NCBI GenBank assembly: GCA_038230295.1
Contig: JBBRNM010000003.1
Location: forward strand, 3,168 to 67,167
Source of the DNA: Candidatus Limnocylindrales bacterium
Lineage (GTDB): Bacteria; Chloroflexota; Limnocylindria; Limnocylindrales; CSP1-4
Direction of reading: 5' to 3'
Length of the DNA: 64,000 bases
Position numbers and translations under genes: made by a program. Positions within the stretch are counted from its first letter, which is position 1. Every line of letters begins with the position of its first letter. The notes under the pieces are model-generated. The model was not told where the DNA came from. It saw nothing but the letters and a program-made list of their open reading frames with translations, and made no database searches. Positions 55,274-64,000 of this stretch are shown in pieces.

Positions 55274-56800
55274 ATGTCGCCGCCAGGAGCTTCTTCTCGC
55301 CTCAGCGGAGCCCGTCCGGAGGCCCTCTTCCAGCCGCCCGCCGAGCGCCAGCCGCTCGCGGCGCGCATGCGGCCGCGGACGCTCGAGGAGTTCGTCGGGC
55401 AGGAGCATCTCGTTGGTGAGCGTGGGCCGATCCGGCGTTCGATCGCTCGTGGTCACCTGGGCTCGATGGTCCTGTGGGGCCCACCGGGGACCGGCAAAAC
55501 ATCGCTGGCGCGCCTCCTCGCCGCCGCGATCGGGGCGGAGTTCACGACCCTCTCGGCGGTCATGTCGGGTGTCGCCGAGGTCCGCGCCGGCCTCGCCGCG
55601 GCCCAGGAGCACCTGGCTCTCAACGGCCAGCGGACTGTCCTCTTCATCGACGAGATCCACCGCTTCAACAAGGCCCAGCAGGACGCGCTCCTGCCACACG
55701 TCGAGGACGGCACCGTAACCCTCATCGGCGCGACAACCGAGAACCCCTATTTCGAGGTCAACTCGGCCCTCCTCTCGCGACTCCGGGTCTGGCGCCTCGA
55801 GCCGCTGACCGACGATGACATCGGCGTCGTCGTCCGGCGGGCGCTTTCGGACGCCGAACGGGGGCTTGCGGGCGAGCTCGGGCCGGAGGGCGGCGTGGCG
55901 CTCCCCGACGAGCCGTTCGAGCATCTCGTCTCGATCTCGGGTGGCGATGCCCGGGTCGCCCTGAACGTCCTCGAGGGCGCCGCAGCCCTCGCGGAGGAAG
56001 AAGGCGCCCGCGACAAACAGGGCCGCGTCTCCCCGCGCCTCGCCGACATCGAAGCCGCCGCGCAGCAACGAATCCTCGCCTACGACCGGGCCGGCGACGG
56101 CCACTTCGACACCGTCTCGGCATTCATCAAAAGCCTTCGTGGCAACGATCCGGATGGCGCGCTCTACTGGCTCGCGGCGATGATCGCGGCCGGCGAGGAC
56201 CCGAAGTTCATCGCCCGACGCCTGATCATCAGTGCCTCGGAGGACGTCGGGAACGCCGACCCACGGGCGCTCCAGGTTGCCGTCGCCGCGGCGGACGCCC
56301 TCGAGTGGGTGGGTCTGCCCGAAGCGCAATATGCCCTCGCACAAGCGACGACGTTCATCGCGACCGCCCCGAAATCGAACCGGTCCGGGCAGGCGTACTG
56401 GGCCGCCGCCGGGGACGTTGCCGAGCACGGATCGTTGCCGGTCCCGCTGCACCTGCGGACGGCCGGCAATCCGCGGCTGAAGCATCACGGGATCGGCGTG
56501 GGCTACCAGAATCCGCACGAGTTCGAGGGCGCCGACGTCGAGCAGCAATACCTGCCCGAGAGTCTCGCGGAACGGCGCTACTACCTGCCCACGGACCAGG
56601 GCTACGAGTCGACGATCTCCGAGCGAATCGCGCGCCGTGCCGCCGCCCGAGCCAAGGCGAAGGAGGTCGGTCGGACGCCGCGGTCGTCACTCCCCTCCCC
56701 GAGCGTGCCGCGCGGCACCGGCGACAGGGTCATGAAGGGTCGCGAGGAAAACCGAAAGAAGCTCGCCGAGACCGAGAAGAAGGACGCCGCGACGGAGTAG
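55274..56800 (+). CDS. rarA: Replication-associated recombination protein A (MgsA/RarA) with a basic/acidic C-terminal extension
   Basis: [14 protein letters not shown]...[15 protein letters not shown]...[10 protein letters not shown]...ALYWLA. Confidence 0.95.
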   Translation: MSPPGASSRLSGARPEALFQPPAERQPLAARMRPRTLEEFVGQEHLVGERGPIRRSIARGHLGSMVLWGPPGTGKTSLARLLAAAIGAEFTTLSAVMSGVAEVRAGLAAAQEHLALNGQRTVLFIDEIHRFNKAQQDALLPHVEDGTVTLIGATTENPYFEVNSALLSRLRVWRLEPLTDDDIGVVVRRALSDAERGLAGELGPEGGVALPDEPFEHLVSISGGDARVALNVLEGAAALAEEEGARDKQGRVSPRLADIEAAAQQRILAYDRAGDGHFDTVSAFIKSLRGNDPDGALYWLAAMIAAGEDPKFIARRLIISASEDVGNADPRALQVAVAAADALEWVGLPEAQYALAQATTFIATAPKSNRSGQAYWAAAGDVAEHGSLPVPLHLRTAGNPRLKHHGIGVGYQNPHEFEGADVEQQYLPESLAERRYYLPTDQGYESTISERIARRAAARAKAKEVGRTPRSSLPSPSVPRGTGDRVMKGREENRKKLAETEKKDAATE

Positions 56801-56849
56801 GAACCGGCCGGGAAAAGGCCCGCCGCGTCAGGCCCGGGCCAGGGACCCG

Positions 56850-57170
56850 TCAGGAGCCGGTCGGGACGGCTTCGCTCGCCAGCTCGCTCGTGAGGGTGCC
56901 CGCGCCGTGGAAGATCACGAGGATGTCGCGGCGGCCGCCCGGGCCGACCTGCCGATCGGAGACCAGCGCGTGACCCGAGACCACTCGCCCGTCGGCCGTG
57001 CGACCCGATAGCTCGCCCTCGTCGACCATCGCGCCCGGCCGCGTGACGAGCCGGGCCGTCCATTGGGCGTTCCCGCCGCCGTCGTGCCATTGATCGATGG
57101 TTGCGCCGGGCATCGCTGCCCCGCCGAAGGTCACATCGTGAATCGCAAACCGAAGGTGCCGCGTCGTCAT
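56850..57170 (-). CDS. Hypothetical small protein
   Basis: 106 aa, the only plausible ORF in the rarA-aminotransferase gap. It looks beta-rich with no recognisable family, and coding status is unproven. Confidence 0.4.
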   Translation of the reverse strand: MTTRHLRFAIHDVTFGGAAMPGATIDQWHDGGGNAQWTARLVTRPGAMVDEGELSGRTADGRVVSGHALVSDRQVGPGGRRDILVIFHGAGTLTSELASEAVPTGS

Positions 57171-57319
57171 CCGATCACCCTAACAGGCGAATCACGGCTG
57201 AACACGGATTCACCCCATCGCGAGCGCGGCAGCGTCGCGGCCGTGAACCCGAAGCATGACAGCCGCCGACCGCCGTGCGACCATCGTACCGTCGCCTGAA
57301 TCGCATGCCGGAGGCCCCC

Positions 57320-58498
57320 ATGTCCCGCTTCGAGCCGAACCTCCGAGTCCCCGGTCCGACAGGCCTGCCGCCGAGCGTCCGCGTCGCGGGCGGGAAGCAG
57401 ATGATCAACCACCGCGGGCCCGAGTTCGCGGCGATCCTCGCCCGGATCCAGGAAGGCATGAAGCCCTACTTCGGGACGAGCGGCGACATCACGATCCTCT
57501 CGAACGCCGGCACGGGCGGGCTCGAGGCCTCGATCGTCAACACGCTCTCGCCCGGCGACCGGGTCCTCGGCGTCTCGATCGGCTCCTTCGGCGATCGGTT
57601 CGCGAGTATCGCCGAGGCCTACGGCGCGGACGTGACGCGGATGGTCGTCGAGCCGGGCTCGGCCGCCGACCCGGCGGGTGTCCGGGAACGGCTCCGCGGC
57701 GGCGACTACGCCGCGGTCCTCCTCACCCATAACGAAACCTCGACCGGCGTCATGAACCCCATTGCCGAGCTCATCGCCGTCGTCCGCGAGGCGGCACCCG
57801 ACGCCCTCGTGCTCATCGACGGCGTGTCCTCGCTCGGCGCGGTTCCCTTCGAGATGGACAGCTGGGGCGCGGATGTGGTCGTCACGGCCTCCCAGAAGGC
57901 GTTCATGTCGGCGCCCGGCCTGGCGATGGTCGGCGCCTCTGAGCGAGCGTGGGCCGCGATGGAAACCTCGAGGATGCCGCGGTTCTACCTCGACCTCCGC
58001 CGCCACCGCGCGAGCGCCGCGACCGGCGAAACGCCGTGGACGCCCGCGATCGCCGTCCTCTACCAGGTCGAGGAGGGCGTCCGCTTGATGGCCGAGGAGA
58101 CGCCCGCCGGCGTGTTCGCCCGCCACGAGGTCTGTGCGGCCGCCACCCAGGCCGGGCTCGAGGCGCTCGGCTTTCGGCTCTTTGCCGACGAGGCCGTTCG
58201 CTCCAAGACCGTCACGGCCGCCTGGATTCCTGACGATCTCGACTGGAAGCCATTCAACGCCGACCTCCGACGGGCCGGGCTCGTGCTGGCCGGCGGCCAG
58301 GCCAAGCTGACCGGCAAGATCTTCCGGGTCGGTCACCTCGGCTCCGTCACGATCGAGGAGATCATCGCGGCCATGGCGACGCTGGAAGTCGCGCTGATCG
58401 GTGCCGGTCGCGACGTCGCGCCAGGGGCCGGCGTGGCCGCTGCCCAGCGCGCGGCCCTCGATGCCGCAGGGGTGCGATCGCGCGTCCCGGCGGGCTGA
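57320..58498 (+). CDS. Class V aminotransferase (serine-glyoxylate / phosphoserine aminotransferase-like)
   Basis: ATG 57320 is preceded by GGAGG. NHRGPEF...LTHNETSTG...VTASQKAF contains the PLP lysine context. Its stop overlaps the serA ATG. Confidence 0.85.
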   Translation: MSRFEPNLRVPGPTGLPPSVRVAGGKQMINHRGPEFAAILARIQEGMKPYFGTSGDITILSNAGTGGLEASIVNTLSPGDRVLGVSIGSFGDRFASIAEAYGADVTRMVVEPGSAADPAGVRERLRGGDYAAVLLTHNETSTGVMNPIAELIAVVREAAPDALVLIDGVSSLGAVPFEMDSWGADVVVTASQKAFMSAPGLAMVGASERAWAAMETSRMPRFYLDLRRHRASAATGETPWTPAIAVLYQVEEGVRLMAEETPAGVFARHEVCAAATQAGLEALGFRLFADEAVRSKTVTAAWIPDDLDWKPFNADLRRAGLVLAGGQAKLTGKIFRVGHLGSVTIEEIIAAMATLEVALIGAGRDVAPGAGVAAAQRAALDAAGVRSRVPAG

Positions 58499-60099
58499 TG
58501 CGGGTCCTCGTCGCCGAGACCATCGCCCCCGAGGGCGTCGCCGTCCTCAGCGCGCGTCACGAGGTCGACGTCAAGGCCGGGCTCAGCCCGGAGCAGCTCC
58601 GAGCGATCATCGGCGGCTACGAGGCGCTGGTCGTCCGGAGCCAGGTCGCGGTCGATGCCGAGCTCATCGCGGCCGGCGAGCGTCTCCAGGTCGTCGGCCG
58701 GGCCGGGGTCGGCGTCGACAACGTTGATCTCGAAGCGGCGACCCGGGCCGGCATCACCGTCGTCAACGCCCCGACCGGGAACACGATCGCCGCGGCCGAG
58801 CACACGATCGGGCTGCTCTTCGCCGTCGCCCGGAGGATCGCCGTCGCGGACGCCTCGGTCCGGCGGGGCGAGTGGACGCGGTCGGCGTTCCAGGGTGTCC
58901 AGCTCCGCGGCCGGACGCTCGGGATCGTCGGGCTTGGCAAGATCGGGATGGCGATCGCGGAGCGAGCCAGGGCGCTCGAGATGACGCTCCTCGGCATGGA
59001 TCCCTATGTCAGCGCCGAGCAGGCGACCCTTCGCGGGATCGAGCTCGTGGCCATGCCCGCGCTCCTGGCGCGGTCCGATGTGATCACCGTCCACGTCCCC
59101 CTGACGCGTGCGACCACGAACCTCGTCGACGCGAAGGCGATCGCGGCGATGAAGCCCGGGGCGATCCTCCTCAACGTCGCCCGAGGCGGGATCTTCGACG
59201 AGGCTGCCGTGGCGGCAGCCCTTCGCGAGGGCCGCCTCGGTGGCGCCGGGATCGACGTCTTTGTCCACGAGCCGCCCACGGACAGCCCGCTCCTCGACGC
59301 CCCGAATGCGGTCCTGACCCCGCATCTCGGCGCGTCCACGGCCGAGGCCCAGGTCGCCGTCGCGGTCGAGGTCGCCGAGCAGATCGTCGACGTCCTCGAC
59401 GGTCGCGGCGCACGGTACGCGGTCAACGCGCCACTCCTGAGCCCCGAGGCTGCGCGCACGATCGGCCCGTACGTCCCACTGGCCGAGATCCTCGGCCGCT
59501 TCTTCGGTCAGCTCGCCCGAGCCGGCGTGGGCACGCTGACGCTCGAGCTCGCGGGGGAGCTCGCGAGTGCCGAGGCGGCGCCGCTGACCGCCGCGGTCCT
59601 GCGGGGCCTCCTCGAGAACGTCACGACCGAGCGGGTGAACCTCGTGAACGCCGGAATCCTCGCCCGCGCCCGCGGAATCTCGCTCGTGGAACGAAAGACC
59701 GCCGATGCCGGCACGTTCAGCTCGCTCATCACGGTCTCGGGGCGCGTCGGCGGGCGCGACATCGCGGTCGGCGGGACCGTGGCCGGCGGCGGCCCCGACT
59801 CGCCCGGCGAGCCACGGCTCGTCCGCCTGAACGGCTACCGCCTCGACATGGCGCCGGTCGACTTCATGCTGATCACCCACCACCACGACCGGCCCGGAAC
59901 GATCGGGCGGCTCGGGGCCCAGCTCGGTCGCGCCGACGTGAACATCAGCGCGATGCACCTCGCCCGCTCGGCGCCGCGCGCCGACGCCCTCATGGTCCTT
60001 GCCCTCGACGACGACGTGACCCCCGAGCTCGAGGAGGCCATCCGCGGCGAGGACGGCGTCGAAGACCTCTGGACGATCCGCCTCGGCGCCAGTCGGTGA
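58498..60099 (+). CDS. serA: D-3-phosphoglycerate dehydrogenase (long form with ASB and ACT domains)
   Basis: MRVLVAE..., the NAD site GIVGLGKIGMAIA, and a C-terminal ACT domain (MLITHHHDRPGTIGRLG). Confidence 0.95.
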   Translation: MRVLVAETIAPEGVAVLSARHEVDVKAGLSPEQLRAIIGGYEALVVRSQVAVDAELIAAGERLQVVGRAGVGVDNVDLEAATRAGITVVNAPTGNTIAAAEHTIGLLFAVARRIAVADASVRRGEWTRSAFQGVQLRGRTLGIVGLGKIGMAIAERARALEMTLLGMDPYVSAEQATLRGIELVAMPALLARSDVITVHVPLTRATTNLVDAKAIAAMKPGAILLNVARGGIFDEAAVAAALREGRLGGAGIDVFVHEPPTDSPLLDAPNAVLTPHLGASTAEAQVAVAVEVAEQIVDVLDGRGARYAVNAPLLSPEAARTIGPYVPLAEILGRFFGQLARAGVGTLTLELAGELASAEAAPLTAAVLRGLLENVTTERVNLVNAGILARARGISLVERKTADAGTFSSLITVSGRVGGRDIAVGGTVAGGGPDSPGEPRLVRLNGYRLDMAPVDFMLITHHHDRPGTIGRLGAQLGRADVNISAMHLARSAPRADALMVLALDDDVTPELEEAIRGEDGVEDLWTIRLGASR

Positions 60100-60938
60100 C
60101 CGACGACCCACCAGCCCCGATCGTCCCGCCGGGCCTCGACGCGACGCTCGTCCTCCTCCGCCACGGCGAATCCGAATGGGTCGCCCAGGGATTGTTCCAG
60201 GGCCAGGGTGATTCGCCGCTCTCGCCGCTGGGTCGCCGCCAGGCATCGCTCGCGGCGGGACGCCTCGCCCATGTCCACCGGCCGCCCGCCCTGCCCGTCC
60301 CGACCGGCCCGCCCGTCGCGATCGTCCATTCGCCCCTCTCGCGGACGACGGAGACCGCCGCCCTCGTCGCGGCAGCGATCGCGGGATCCGACGGCTTCGG
60401 CGGCCCGGTCGCCGTTCGGTCGGACGCGGGCTTCCTGGAGATCGGCCAGGGCGAGTGGGAAGGGGTCGCGAGCGCCACCGTCTCGGAGCGCTGGAAGGAC
60501 GTCCTGGCCAGGTGGCGTGAGGACCCGCTGACGGCCTGGGCGCCCGGCGGCGAGTCCCTACCGGAGGTCGATGTTCGCGTTCGCGTCGCGCTCGGCCGGG
60601 TGCTCGACGAGCTTGCCGCCGCCTCCCCGGAGGACGCCGTCGAGCGGTCGCACGTCCTCGGCTACGCCGACCTGCCCTCGAACGAGCCATGGTCGGTGAT
60701 CGTCGGCCACGACGGCGTGTTCAAGGTGACGCTCCTCGCCCTGCTCGACCTGCCGCTGAGCCGCTTCTGGACGTTCCCCTTCGCCTTGTGCGGCATCACG
60801 GTCGTCGAGCTCCGTGGCGGGCGGCCGCGGCTGCGGCTCCACAACGCAACGGACCACCTCGCGCCGCTCGAGTCCGAGGCCGAAGGGGCGGCGCCCCGAA
60901 TCGCCGCCGCGGAGCGCGGTCGGGCCGGAGCGCTCTGA
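60096..60938 (+). CDS. Histidine phosphatase (phosphoglycerate-mutase-like) family protein; candidate phosphoserine phosphatase
   Basis: The GTG overlaps the serA stop (GTGA). LLRHGESEW (RHG motif) and a distal GHDGV histidine are present. Confidence 0.8.
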   Translation: MTDDPPAPIVPPGLDATLVLLRHGESEWVAQGLFQGQGDSPLSPLGRRQASLAAGRLAHVHRPPALPVPTGPPVAIVHSPLSRTTETAALVAAAIAGSDGFGGPVAVRSDAGFLEIGQGEWEGVASATVSERWKDVLARWREDPLTAWAPGGESLPEVDVRVRVALGRVLDELAAASPEDAVERSHVLGYADLPSNEPWSVIVGHDGVFKVTLLALLDLPLSRFWTFPFALCGITVVELRGGRPRLRLHNATDHLAPLESEAEGAAPRIAAAERGRAGAL

Positions 60939-60997
60939 CCGGGGCGACTCAATCCGACGCGCGGCGCCTCCACCGGCGCCCTACTCCGACTCGGGCC

Positions 60998-63343
60998 TCA
61001 GCGCCTCCGGCTGAACCGCCGCAGGCCGAGCCGCAGGATCGCGAATCGGAGGCGCCGGTACGCCTCGCCGATCGATCGCAGCCGCTCCACGCCGAGCTCC
61101 TGCCGGCCATACGCCACCTCGACCTTGGCCCGCGCCACGGTAGAGAGCTCGGCCCGGAACGTGGGCACGGCGTCGCCCAGCATCCCGGCATATTCGTACA
61201 CGGTCTGCGTGGGCCGCGGCCCGAAGCCGAATCGCGCCGCCAGCCGGCCAAGCGATCCCCAGGCCTGATCGGGATGCATCGGCTTTCGAGGTGCCCGGCG
61301 GCGTGCTGCCAAGGCCAGCGCCCCGATCCCGATGACGAGCAGGATCGCGATCGCGATGAAGGGCCCGGAACCGGTGCCGGTGGTGCCGCCGGGGGCCTGG
61401 ATCGGCCGCGCGGAGCTACGGCTCAGCGGGTCGGTGGCACGCTCGCCGGCGCCCGGGCTGAACAGCGAGCTGGGCCGCGGCGTCTCGGGTCCGCCGGACG
61501 GGATCGGCTCGGGCTGGCCGACAGTGCCCGTCGGGTCGAACTCCACCCAGCCGTACTTCGGGAAGTAGACCTCCACCCACCAATGGGCCGAGGCGGCTTT
61601 GACCGTCTCGGTCCCGCCGAGGTCGGGCGCGGTTGGCAGGAAGCCGTAGGCGATCCGCGCCGGGATCGAGGCCGCTCGGAGCAGCACCGCCATCTCCGCG
61701 GCGTAGTACTCGCAGTAGCCCTGCCGGATCGTCGCAAAGCACTCCACCGTCGACAGGCCCGAGCACCGGGCACGCGCGGCGTCGCGCACGTCGGCGCTGT
61801 AGGTGAACCTGCCGGACCGCAGGTATTCCTGGAGCGCGAACGCGAGATCGTAGGCGTTGCCCTTCGGCCCCGGCCCCCCTGCGGCGATCTGGCGCACATC
61901 GGCAAGGATGGCTCGAGCGTTGGGCCCGATGGCACTCGCGGGGAAGGACAGATAGTTCCGGCTGATGTCGCCCGGGTAGTCCGTACCGGCGATTCGCAGC
62001 CGGTTCTGCGTCAAGCCATTCTGGCCGCCGAGCACGGGAACAAGCGCGGTGACGACGTACTGCCCCGAGCCGCCGCTCGACTCGACCGTCGTGTAGCGAT
62101 TGCCGTCGAGGCGAACGATCGACGGTCGATCGACCCGTTCGATGGTCTGCGGGCTGAGGATCGAACCGTCATAGGCACCCGGCGTGATCGTCGCCCGGAA
62201 CTCGCGCCGTCCGGTCTCGAGCGCTGGGTCGTCGCCGGTCCCCTTCAGCAGCGACGTGTCCGCGTCGCGCCGGATCGTGCCCGAGTCGCCCCAGCTCCAG
62301 CGCGCGATGCCGTCGTAAACCGCGTAAGTACCAGCGCGCCACTTGAACTGGCCCGCCTCCGTCGGAGCGACCCGCGCGGTGAAGGCCACCGCGTCCGAGG
62401 GCTGCCAGAGGCCCTGCGTCGTCGCACTCGAGCCGAACCCGACCACGCCCAGGGGACGCGGCTCGCCGCCGGTCGGGGCGTAGCGCTGGAGCCACTGCGA
62501 GAAGCCGACGAGCTTCTGGGGGACATCCGCCCAGAAGCCCTGGAGCGGCGACGACGACGCGGTTGCTGTGAGGAAGAGCGCCCCGATCACCGCTGCGGCG
62601 ATGAACGAGCCTCCGCCCCGGAGGTACAGGGCCGAAACCGCGGCTGGATCGCCGATCCGCCGCCGCATCCACGTCACCTGCTCCTCGAAGCTGTGGGCCC
62701 GGATGAGCAGCACCAGCGCCGCGACGCTGAAGAGGACGAGGATGGGGAGCTGGTCGATCGCGGTGACGGCCATGTTCGCGAGCGTGAGCAGGCCGACGAC
62801 GACGACGGCGTCGAGCGGGCGATGGCGGGCAAAGACCGCCGTGGCAGCGAGCTGGCCGGCAGCCCAGACCAGTGCCCCGAACACCATGTGGTAGTGGGCG
62901 AACTGATCGGTGAAGGGTCGGCCGTCACGCACGAGATCGGCCCACACGAGGAAGGCGACGTCGCCGGCCGCGCGGTATCGGAGCACGATCGATGCGACGT
63001 CCAATCCGCCTGCCGCAGGCCCGAGCGCGATCCCGCCGGCGATGAGCGGCAGCAGCAACCCGGCGATGACAGCCCCGACGACGTAGGTCCGCCAGCGCCC
63101 GAGGCCGGCCTTCGCGGCCAAGAGCCCAAATAGCACCGCCGCAACCGCGACCCACACGAGGTAGCCCGTCGAACCCTCCGAATCGGGCACCCAGCCGGCG
63201 CCGTTCAGCGAGAGCGCGAACGATGCCGCCAGCAGGGCGACCATCGCCACGGCGAGCCAGCCCTCCGCCGGTCGCAGGACGGGGCGGCGCCTGAGCGAGG
63301 GGAGCTCGAACATGCGGGCCACTGGCGCCGCTGGTGTGGTCAT
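60998..63343 (-). CDS. Transglutaminase-domain membrane protein (TgpA-like)
   Basis: The ATG 63343 overlaps the DUF58 stop. A multi-TM N-terminus is followed by the transglutaminase core (GYCEYYAAEMAVLLRAASIPARIAYGF...HWWVEVYFPKYGWVEFDPT). Confidence 0.85.
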   Translation of the reverse strand: MTTPAAPVARMFELPSLRRRPVLRPAEGWLAVAMVALLAASFALSLNGAGWVPDSEGSTGYLVWVAVAAVLFGLLAAKAGLGRWRTYVVGAVIAGLLLPLIAGGIALGPAAGGLDVASIVLRYRAAGDVAFLVWADLVRDGRPFTDQFAHYHMVFGALVWAAGQLAATAVFARHRPLDAVVVVGLLTLANMAVTAIDQLPILVLFSVAALVLLIRAHSFEEQVTWMRRRIGDPAAVSALYLRGGGSFIAAAVIGALFLTATASSSPLQGFWADVPQKLVGFSQWLQRYAPTGGEPRPLGVVGFGSSATTQGLWQPSDAVAFTARVAPTEAGQFKWRAGTYAVYDGIARWSWGDSGTIRRDADTSLLKGTGDDPALETGRREFRATITPGAYDGSILSPQTIERVDRPSIVRLDGNRYTTVESSGGSGQYVVTALVPVLGGQNGLTQNRLRIAGTDYPGDISRNYLSFPASAIGPNARAILADVRQIAAGGPGPKGNAYDLAFALQEYLRSGRFTYSADVRDAARARCSGLSTVECFATIRQGYCEYYAAEMAVLLRAASIPARIAYGFLPTAPDLGGTETVKAASAHWWVEVYFPKYGWVEFDPTGTVGQPEPIPSGGPETPRPSSLFSPGAGERATDPLSRSSARPIQAPGGTTGTGSGPFIAIAILLVIGIGALALAARRRAPRKPMHPDQAWGSLGRLAARFGFGPRPTQTVYEYAGMLGDAVPTFRAELSTVARAKVEVAYGRQELGVERLRSIGEAYRRLRFAILRLGLRRFSRRR

Positions 63344-64000
63344 GAGACGAGCACCTCGCCGAGCGCCCTGGCCGGCGTGACCGTGTGCAGCTCGATGTCG
63401 AACTCCGCGAGCGCGTGCCGAAGGGCGCGTGCCTGCTGCTTCCGGCTCGCCTCGACGGTGGGGTCCTCGGCCTCGGGTGGCAGGCCGAGGCGGCGGAGGT
63501 CCGCGTCCCGCGAGTAGCGGTCGTAGGCATCGATGTCGAACGAGATCACGACGCAGGCGACGCCGCGCGACCGCAGCGTGGACAGCGGCTTCACCCACGT
63601 CCGATCCTGCGACGCCGTGATGACGACCGCGGTCATGCCCCGCCGGATCCGGGGGACACTCGCGATCAGGGTCTGCGACAGCGGGTTCGTGCCGTCGCCG
63701 TCCACGGCCGCGAGCAGCTGCATGACCTTCAGGTGCTGTCGACCGCCGCGATCGGGCGGGAGTTGGGCGAGACGGTGGGCTCCGATCGTGATGCCGACCG
63801 CCCGGTTCTCGAGCAGGGCCTTGTCGGCCACGGCGGCCGCCACCCGAACGGCCGATTCGATCGTCGACTCGTCACCGCTCCCGGCCTGGATGGCGCGTTC
63901 GAGGTCGAGGACGATCCAGGCGTCGGCGGTCTGCTCGAGGTCGAACTCCTTGACGTGGATGTCGCCGTGGCGGGCGGTGGCCTTCCAGTGGATCCGGTTG
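63340..64000 (-). CDS. DUF58 domain protein, C-terminal part (gene continues past the window end)
   Basis: The frame is open to the window edge. It reads ...NRIHWKATARHGDIHVKEFDLEQTADAWIVLDLE..., the DUF58 signature. This is the typical partner of MoxR/transglutaminase clusters. Confidence 0.85.
   Translation of the reverse strand, partial: NRIHWKATARHGDIHVKEFDLEQTADAWIVLDLERAIQAGSGDESTIESAVRVAAAVADKALLENRAVGITIGAHRLAQLPPDRGGRQHLKVMQLLAAVDGDGTNPLSQTLIASVPRIRRGMTAVVITASQDRTWVKPLSTLRSRGVACVVISFDIDAYDRYSRDADLRRLGLPPEAEDPTVEASRKQQARALRHALAEFDIELHTVTPARALGEVLVS

Noticed and set aside
55253-56548. 431-aa minus-strand ORF
   Set aside because: It is antisense to rarA, whose AAA+ motifs are unambiguous.
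58333-60690. 785-aa minus-strand ORF
   Set aside because: It is antisense to serA and the histidine phosphatase gene, both of which have strong motifs. It is a shadow ORF.
60689-63133. 814-aa plus-strand ORF
   Set aside because: It is antisense to the transglutaminase membrane protein and has an Arg/Gly/Pro-rich composition. It is a shadow ORF.

Overview
High-GC (roughly 70% by eye) bacterial chromosomal segment, densely packed with about 55 protein genes, one tRNA-Met(CAT) and one decayed pseudogene. I saw no rRNA, CRISPR array, transposase or prophage block. The gene content (DUF2342 metalloprotease, MshD-like tandem GNAT, DUF4446, FemX pair, leaderless-type promoters) suggests Actinomycetota or a related high-GC monoderm lineage, but taxonomy cannot be settled from this window. 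Most genes are housekeeping: typA, aspS, hisS, relA, murE, two femX-like genes, murJ, xerC, topA, dprA, comM, ftsH, ppa, tyrA, ychF, murI, rarA, serA and others. About 28 kb (8.6-36.4 kb) is one unbroken minus-strand gene array with many 4-nt stop/start overlaps. The long ORFs antisense to these genes are the usual high-GC artefacts and are rejected. The strongest unexplained signal is a 200-bp lower-GC gap between two convergent genes (41.74-41.94 kb). It carries four phased TGTGC-N7-GCACA palindromes that assemble into two composite hairpin elements of the same architecture, which could be a structured sRNA, a REP/REPIN-like element or an operator array. Other points of interest:
- two paralogous XRE-HTH::PD-(D/E)XK-like fusion proteins;
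- two orphan receiver-ParA/CpaE-like ATPases, one translationally coupled to an NfeD-stomatin pair;
- a DnaB-C-terminal-domain-only ATPase with an acidic disordered N-terminus;
- an MrfA/MrfB-like repair pair whose tail overlaps a convergent kinase gene by 250 bp;
- a putative complete serine operon using a histidine-phosphatase-family enzyme;
- a YciI-like pseudogene with in-frame stops;
- two genes with no canonical start codon at the expected N-terminus.
All functional calls come from motif and family recognition by eye, and no database search was run.
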